The position numbers and the translations under genes were made by a program. Below the pieces are notes generated by a model. That model worked only from the letters and a program-made list of their open reading frames with translations. It was not told the DNA's origin and did not search any database. This document shows positions 63,809-64,000 of a stretch of 64,000 nt of DNA, one piece after another; positions within the stretch are counted from its first letter, which is position 1; each line of letters begins with the position of its first letter. Where the stretch lies: NCBI GenBank assembly GCA_020137815.1, contig CM035357.1, positions 6,324,001 to 6,388,000 of the forward strand. Direction: 5' to 3'. The DNA comes from Hormiphora californensis (lineage: Eukaryota > Animalia > Ctenophora).

Positions 63809-64000
63809 GTATTTTATTGTCTCATGTAACTGTAAGACTGTCCTCTCTGCACCGGGCTGGGACACGCCCCTTTTTTTGTATCATGTCCTCTCCGTACCGG
63901 GCCGAAATTACCAAACTTTTGTAATGGTAGTGGTGAGAGAGAGGAAATATAACAGTCCATTTTACAAAGGATAAAACTAAAATAGATAAATATTGAACGT

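Overview
Repeat-rich eukaryotic (animal) genomic DNA, probably from a ctenophore. That assignment rests on a 37-nt stretch at 48929-48965 that I recall as matching the Pleurobrachia-type spliced leader; it needs a database check. The window holds the last five exons of the cysteine desulfurase NFS1 (1-1310,+), an intronless cytosolic sulfotransferase with several 1-nt frameshifts (24333-25246,-), and a large multi-exon soluble adenylyl cyclase ADCY10/sAC gene (common exons 42383 to at least 60555, probably running past the window end). A full U2 snRNA gene sits inside one of the ADCY10 introns. Four separate upstream ATG-initiated modules (12692-21478 spliced, 32223-32511, 40829-40910, 42025-42079) all end in phase 1. 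Each could splice in frame onto the phase-1 acceptor at 42383, suggesting a variable-N-terminus sAC locus of about 50 kb. The rest is dense with non-autonomous DNA transposons (hAT, Tc1/mariner, Chapaev-like, Helitron, Helentron/DINE-like, polyG-ended, 9-bp-TSD, foldback) and AG/TCTG microsatellites. There is one 100-N gap and three stretches of low-quality, homopolymer-inflated sequence. All models were read by eye and have no transcript support.
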